Position numbers and translations under genes: made by a program
Shown: positions 58,001 through 64,000 of the stretch, in pieces
How the letters are laid out: the number at the start of each line of letters is the position of its first letter
Numbering within the stretch: position 1 is the stretch's first letter
Assembly (NCBI RefSeq): GCF_009914755.1
Contig: NC_060940.1
Reading direction: 5' to 3' (one strand)
DNA length: 64,000 nucleotides
Origin: the human T2T-CHM13v2.0 reference genome, Homo sapiens
The notes under the pieces: generated by a model
Database searches by the model: none
Told to the model about the DNA's origin: nothing
What the model saw: only the letters and a program-made list of their open reading frames with translations

Positions 58001-61000
58001 GATAATGATTCCCTTCGAGTCCATTCGATGATTCCATTCGATTCCATTCAACGATGATTTGATTCGTGTCCATTCGATGATTCCATTTGATTCCACTTGA
58101 TGATGATTCCATTCGAGTCCATTTGATGATTCCATTCAATTCCATACTCCGATGATTTCTTTTGAGCCCACTCAATGCTTCCACTCGATTCCATATGATG
58201 ATGACTCCATTCGATGAAATTCGATGATGATTCCATTCGCTTGCTTTCGATGATGATTCCACTTGAGTCCGTTAGAAGATTCTATTCAATTACATTCCAT
58301 GACGATTCCGTTCGAGTCCATTTGATGATTCCATTAGACTCCATTCGACGATGATTCCATTCGATGTTATTCGATGATTCCATTCGATCTCATTCGATGA
58401 TGATTCCATTCAACTCCATTCGATGTTTCCATTCGAGTTCATTCTATTATTCCATTAGATTCCATTCGATGATGATTCCATTCGATTCCATTTGATGATT
58501 GCATTCTATTTCATTTGATGATGATTCCATTCGAGTCCACTCGATGATTCCATTCGAGTCCATTTAATGAATCCATTGGTTTCAATTCTATGATGATTAC
58601 ATTGGATTCCATTCGTTGATGATTTCATTCGGTTCCATTCAATGATGATTCCATTCAATTCCTTTCAATGTTTCCATTCAATTCCATACGATGATGATTC
58701 CATTTGATTTGATTCGACAGTGAGCCATTCGATTCAATTCCATGATGATTCTATTTGATTCAATTGGTTGACATTTCCATTCGATTCCATTCGATGATGA
58801 TTCCCTTTGATTCCGTTCAAAGATGATTCCATTCTAGCCCATTCAATCATTCCATTCGATTCTATTCAATGATGATTCCATTCATGTCGATTTGGTGATT
58901 CCATTTGACTTCATTTGATGATGATTCCTTTCAAGTTCATTAGATGATTCCATTCGATTCCATTTGATGATGATCCCATTCGAGTCCATTCAGTGATTCC
59001 ATTCGTTTCCATTCCATGATGATTCCATTCCTTTCCATTCAATGATTCCATTCGATTCCGTTTGATGATGATTTCATTCGAGTCCATTTGATGATTCCAT
59101 TTGATTCCATTCGATGATGATTCCATTCGAGTCCATTCGATGATTCTATTCGAATCCATTTGATGATTTCTTTTGATTATATTTGGTGATGATTCCATTG
59201 GAGTCCATTCAATGATTCCATTCTATTCCCATCGATGATGATTCCATTAGAGTCCATTTAATGATTCCATTTGATTCCAGTCTCTGATGATTACATTCGA
59301 GTCCATACGATGATTCCACTCAATTCCATATGATGATGATTCCATTTGATTCCATTCGGTGATTCCATTCTATTCTATTCAATGGTGATTCCATTCGAGT
59401 ACATTAGATGATTCCATTCGATTCCATTCAATGATGATTCTATTTGTGTCCCTTAGATGATTCCACATGATTCCATTAGATGATGATACTATTTGAGCCC
59501 ATCCAATGATTCCCTTCGATTCCATTCGATGAGGATTCCATTCGATTCAATTCATTGGTGATTCTATTCAATTCAATTCTTTGATTCCATTCCATTCCAT
59601 TCGACAATGATTCCATTCGATTTCTTTCGATGATTCCACTCGATTCCACTTGACATTGATTCCATTCGATTCCATTCAATGATTCCATTTGATTCCAGTG
59701 GATGATGATTGCCATCGATTCCATTCGATCACTCCATTCTATTCCATTTGATGATGATTACATTCGATTCCATTTGATGATTCCATCTGATTCTATTCGA
59801 GGATTCCATTTGATTCCATTCGATGATGATTCCATTCGAGTCCATTCGATGATTTCATTCGAGTACATCCAATGATTCCATTCGAGTCCATTAGATGATT
59901 CCATTTGATTCCATTTGAAAATGATTCTACTAGAGTCCATTCAATGACTCCATTCGAGTCCATTCAACAATTCCATTCGACTCCATTCGATGATTCCATT
60001 CGATTCCATTTGATGGTTCCATTCGAGTCCATTTAATCATTACAGTCGAGTCCATTTGGTGATTCCACTGGATTTCTTTTGATAATGATACCATTCAATT
60101 ACATTTGATGATGATCCCATTCAATTTCATTTGATGATGATTCCATTAGAGTCCATTCGATGATTTCATTCGAGTCCCTTCATTGATTCCATCCGATTTC
60201 ATTGGATGATGACTCCATTCGAGTCCATTCGATGATTCCACTCGATTCCATTAGATGACTCCATTGGAGTCCATTTGATTGTTCCATTCGATTCCATTCG
60301 ATTCCTTTCGAAGATTATTCCATTTGAGTCCATTCGATGATGATTCCATTCCATTCCATTCAATGATTCCATTCGAATCTATTCCATGATGATTCCTTTC
60401 GATTCCATTCGCTGATGTTTCCGTTCAATTCCATTCGATGATGATTCCATTCGATTCCATTCATTGAGGATTCCATTTGAATCCATTCAATGATGATTCC
60501 ATTCTATTCCATTCAATGATTGCATTCAATTCCATTCAATGATTATCCCATTAGAGTAAACTCAACGATTCCATTCAATACCATTCGATGATGATTCCTT
60601 TTGAGTCCATTCAATGATTTCATTCAAGTCCATTTGATGATTCCTTTCAATTCCATTCTATGATGATTCCATTCGAGTCCATTCGATGATTCCATTCGAT
60701 TGCATTCGATGATTCCATTATATTCCATTCAACGGTGATTCCATTCGAGTCCATTCGATGATTCCATTAGAGTACATTTAATGATTGCTTTGTTTTCAAT
60801 TCGAAGATGATTACATTGGATTCCATTCTATGATACCATTCGATTCCATTCAATGATGATTCCACTCAAATCCATTGGATGATTCCATTCGTGTCCATTC
60901 GGTGATTTCATTAGATTCCATTCGAGGATGATTCCATTCGATTCCATTCGATGATTCCATTCAATTCCATTCGATGATGATTCCATTCCAGTCCATATGA

Positions 61001-61056
61001 TCATTCCATTTGATTTCATTCGATGATGATTCCATTCGATTCCATTCGACGATTCC
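55017..61056 (+). repeat. Monomer M10 (6,040 bp): A-type start switching to a third (C) haplotype, with a 72-bp deletion
   Basis: ORF spacing drops from 6112 to 6040 (55993 to 62033). The deletion junction is at 60338-60361. Alleles after ~57330 are a mix of A, B and private states. Confidence 0.88.
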
Positions 61057-64000
61057 ATTCTATTCCATTCGATGATGATTCCATTCGAGTCCATTCGATG
61101 ATTCCATTCGAGTCCATTTAATGATTCCATTGGGTTCAATTCAATGATGATTACATTGGATTCCGTTCTATGATTCCATTCAATTCCGTTCATTGACAAT
61201 TTGATTCCATTCGATGATGATTCCATTTGAGTTCATTCGATGATTCTATTCGATTCTCTTCGATGGTGATTCAATTCTATTATATTGGATGATTCCATTC
61301 GATTCCATTTGATGTTGATTCAATTCGATTCTATTCGATGATGATTCCATTGGATTTCACTTGATGATTCTATTCGATTCCATTCAATGATGATTCACTT
61401 CTCGTCCATTGGATGATTCCATTTCATTCCATTCCATGATGATTCCATTCGATTCCATTCGATGATTCCATTTGATTCCATGCGACGGTGAGCAATTCGA
61501 TTCAATTCCATGATGATTCTATTTGATTCAATTAGATGATGTTTCCATTCGAATCCATTCCATGATTATTCCATTGGAATCCATTCGGCGATGATTCCAT
61601 ATGAGTCAATTCAATGATGATTCCATATGGGTCCGTTCGATGATAATTCCATTTGATTTCATTCGATGCTTCTATTCTATTCCAGTCGATGATGATTCCG
61701 TTGGAGTCCATACGATGATTCCATTTGATTTCATTTGATGATGATTCCATTCGATGATGATTACATTGGATTCCATTCTATGATTCCATTCAATTCCATT
61801 CGTTGATGATTCGATTCCATTCAATGATGATTCCATTTGAGTTCATTCGATGATTCTATTCGATTCCGTTCGATGGTGATTCAATTCTATTATATTGGAT
61901 GATTCCAGTCGATTCCATTTGATGATTATTCCATTGGAGTCCACTTAGTGAATCCTTCAGATTCTACTCGACGATGATTCCATTCGAGTCCATTCGATGA
62001 TACCATTCAATTCCATTCGTTGATGCTTCCATTCAAGTGCATTCGATGATATCATTCGATTCCATTTGATGATAATTCCATTTGATTCCATGCGATGATT
62101 CTATTCGATTCCATTCAATGATAATTCCATTCAATTCAGTGATTCCTCTGGACTCCATTTGATGATGATTCCATTCAATGATTCCATTCGATTCTATTCG
62201 AAAATGATTCCATTTGAATCCATTTGATGATGATTCCATTAGATTCCATTTGATGATTCCATTCGATTCCATTCGACGATGATTCCATTCGATTCCGTTT
62301 GATGATTCCATTCTATTCTATTCGATGATGATTCCATTCGATTCCATTCGATGATGATTGGATTCGATTCCATTTGATGATTTCATTTGATTCCATTCGT
62401 TAATGATTTCGATCAATTCCATTCGATGATTCCATTCGATTCCATTCGATAATGATTACATCCGAGTCCATTCGATGATTCCATTTGAGCCTGTTCGATA
62501 ATTCCATTTGAGTCCAACCAATGATTCCATTCATTTCCATTCAATGATTCCATTCGAGTCCATTTGATCATTCCGGTAGGGTCCATTCGATGTTGATTCC
62601 ATTGGAGTGCATTCGATGATTCCATTCGAGTCCATTTTAGGATTTGATTCGAGTCCTTTCGATGATTCCATTCGATTCCACTCGATGATGATTTCATTCG
62701 AGTCCATTCGACACTTCCAATCGATTCCATTTGATGATTCCATTCGAGTCCAATTGATGATTCCATTCAATTCCATTCGATGATGATTCCGTACGATTCC
62801 ATTCTGTGATGATTCCATGTGATTGCATTCAATGATGATTCCTTTCGATTGCATTCGATTATGATTCATTTCGTGTTCATTCTATGGTTCCACAGGTTTC
62901 CATTCGTGTCCATTCCATTATTCCATTCTATTCCATTTGATGATGATTCCATTCGATTCCATTCATTGGTGATTCCACTCAATTCCATTCAATGATTCCA
63001 TTCCATTTCTTTCAACAATGATTCCATTAGTTTCTAATCGATGATCCACTTGATTCCATTTGACGACGATTCCATTCTTGTCCATTCGATGATTCCATTT
63101 GATTCCATATGATGATGATTCCATTCGATTCCATACCATGATGATTCCATTCGAGTCCATTCAATGGTGATTCCATTCAATTCCATTCGATGATTCCTTT
63201 TGATTCCATTCGATGATGATGGCATTCGATTCCTTTCGATCATTCCCTTTGATTCCATTCAAAGGTGATTTCATTCAAGTCCATTCGATAATTGCATTCG
63301 ATTCCATTCTATGATGATTCCATTCGAGTCCATTTGATGATTCCATTCAATTCAAGTCAATGATGATTCCATTCGATTCCATTCGATGATTCCATTGGAT
63401 TCCATTCGATGATGATTCCATTCAAATCCATTCGATAATTCAATTCAAGTCCATTCGATGATGATTCCAATCGAATCCATTCAAAGATTCCATTCAGTTC
63501 CATTCGATGATTCCCTTAGATTCCATTCGATGATTCCACTTGATTGCATTTACGATGATTCCATTCGATTCCATGTGATGATTCCATTCAATTCTATTCA
63601 ATGATGTCTCCATTTGATTCCATTCGACCATGATTGCCTTTGATTCCATTCAATGATTCCATTCGGTTCCGTTTGATGATGATTCCGTTCGATTCCATTT
63701 GATGATTCCATTTGATTCCATTGGATGAGTCCATTCGATTACATTCGATGATTATTCCATTCGAGTGCATTAGATGATTCCATTCGAGTCCATTCGATGA
63801 TTCCATTCGATTCCATTCGATGTTGATTCTGTTCAAATCCATTCGATGATTCCACTCGATTCCATTCGTTGACTCCATTTGATCCCATTCGATGATTTCC
63901 TTTGATTCCCTTTGATGATCATTCCATTTGATTCAATTCGGTGATTTCATTTGATTCCATTCAGTGATGTTTCCATTCGACTCCATTCGATGATGATTCC
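61057..64000 (+). repeat. Monomer M11 (partial, truncated by window end), C-type
   Basis: Same allele set as the later part of M10 (ATTCGATTCC 63371, TGATTGCATT 63541, TCGAGTGC 63761), plus private SNPs at ~61436, 61889, ~61958 and 63238. Confidence 0.85.

Larger units (their letters stand above)
1..64000 (+). repeat. Human-type classical satellite II (HSat2/HSATII) tandem array, probably the HSat2B subfamily with ~6.1-kb period (chr16 pericentromeric heterochromatin type)
   Basis: Continuous diverged (CATTC)n with the HSat2-diagnostic CATTCGATTC and GATGAT(GAT)TCCATTCGA(T/G)TCCATTC 23/26-bp subunits and dense TCGA sites. The C-rich strand stays on + with no switch. The subfamily and chromosome call rests on recalled knowledge of the 6.1-kb period and is less certain (about 0.75) than the HSat2 call. 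Confidence 0.97.

Noticed and set aside
987-63878. About 140 short minus-strand ORFs (60-132 aa) of the MESSSNGIEWNHR type as genes or a repeat-protein system
   Set aside because: They are direct translations of the GAATG/ATCATC strand, which is poor in stop codons in some frames. They overlap in several frames, have no recognisable domain, and are created or broken by single SNPs between copies. I used them only as haplotype markers.
1-64000. CRISPR-like array suggested by 23-26-bp periodic repeats
   Set aside because: There are no unique spacers, leader or cas genes. The repeats abut each other and are degenerate.
1-64000. Inversion, Alu/L1 insertion or unique island within the array
   Set aside because: I saw no strand switch to GAATG on +, no poly-A tail or target-site duplication. 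All monomer length differences are explained by the 10-bp, 1-bp and 72-bp indels.

Overview
The whole 64 kb window is one uninterrupted tandem array of human-type classical satellite II (HSat2/HSATII). It is CATTC-derived, built from CATTCGATTCCATTCGATGAT(GAT)T-like 23/26-bp subunits, with the C-rich strand on + throughout. I see no genes, transposons, inversions or unique sequence, and every ORF in the track is a repeat-derived artefact. The array has a nested structure. The 5-bp and 23/26-bp subunits sit inside a 6,112-bp monomer (about 10.5 copies, labelled M1-M11). From recall, a ~6.1-kb period fits the chromosome 16 pericentromeric HSat2B array; this needs alignment to confirm. By-eye comparison of copies shows two monomer haplotypes (A and B) alternating as a 12,224-bp dimer. 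The dimer is broken by one A/B hybrid monomer, which forms a near-perfect 6,112-bp tandem duplication. Rare alleles recur at 42,783 bp. A more diverged haplotype occupies the first ~2.5 kb. A third, consensus-like haplotype occupies the last ~7 kb and carries a 72-bp deletion between 24-bp direct repeats. Each monomer has at least 8 exact DUX4-consensus matches (TGATTCCATTA). I found no evidence for a new protein-coding or defence system; the interesting signal is the recombination history recorded in the array. All variant calls were made by eye and from the ORF track, so counts are approximate.
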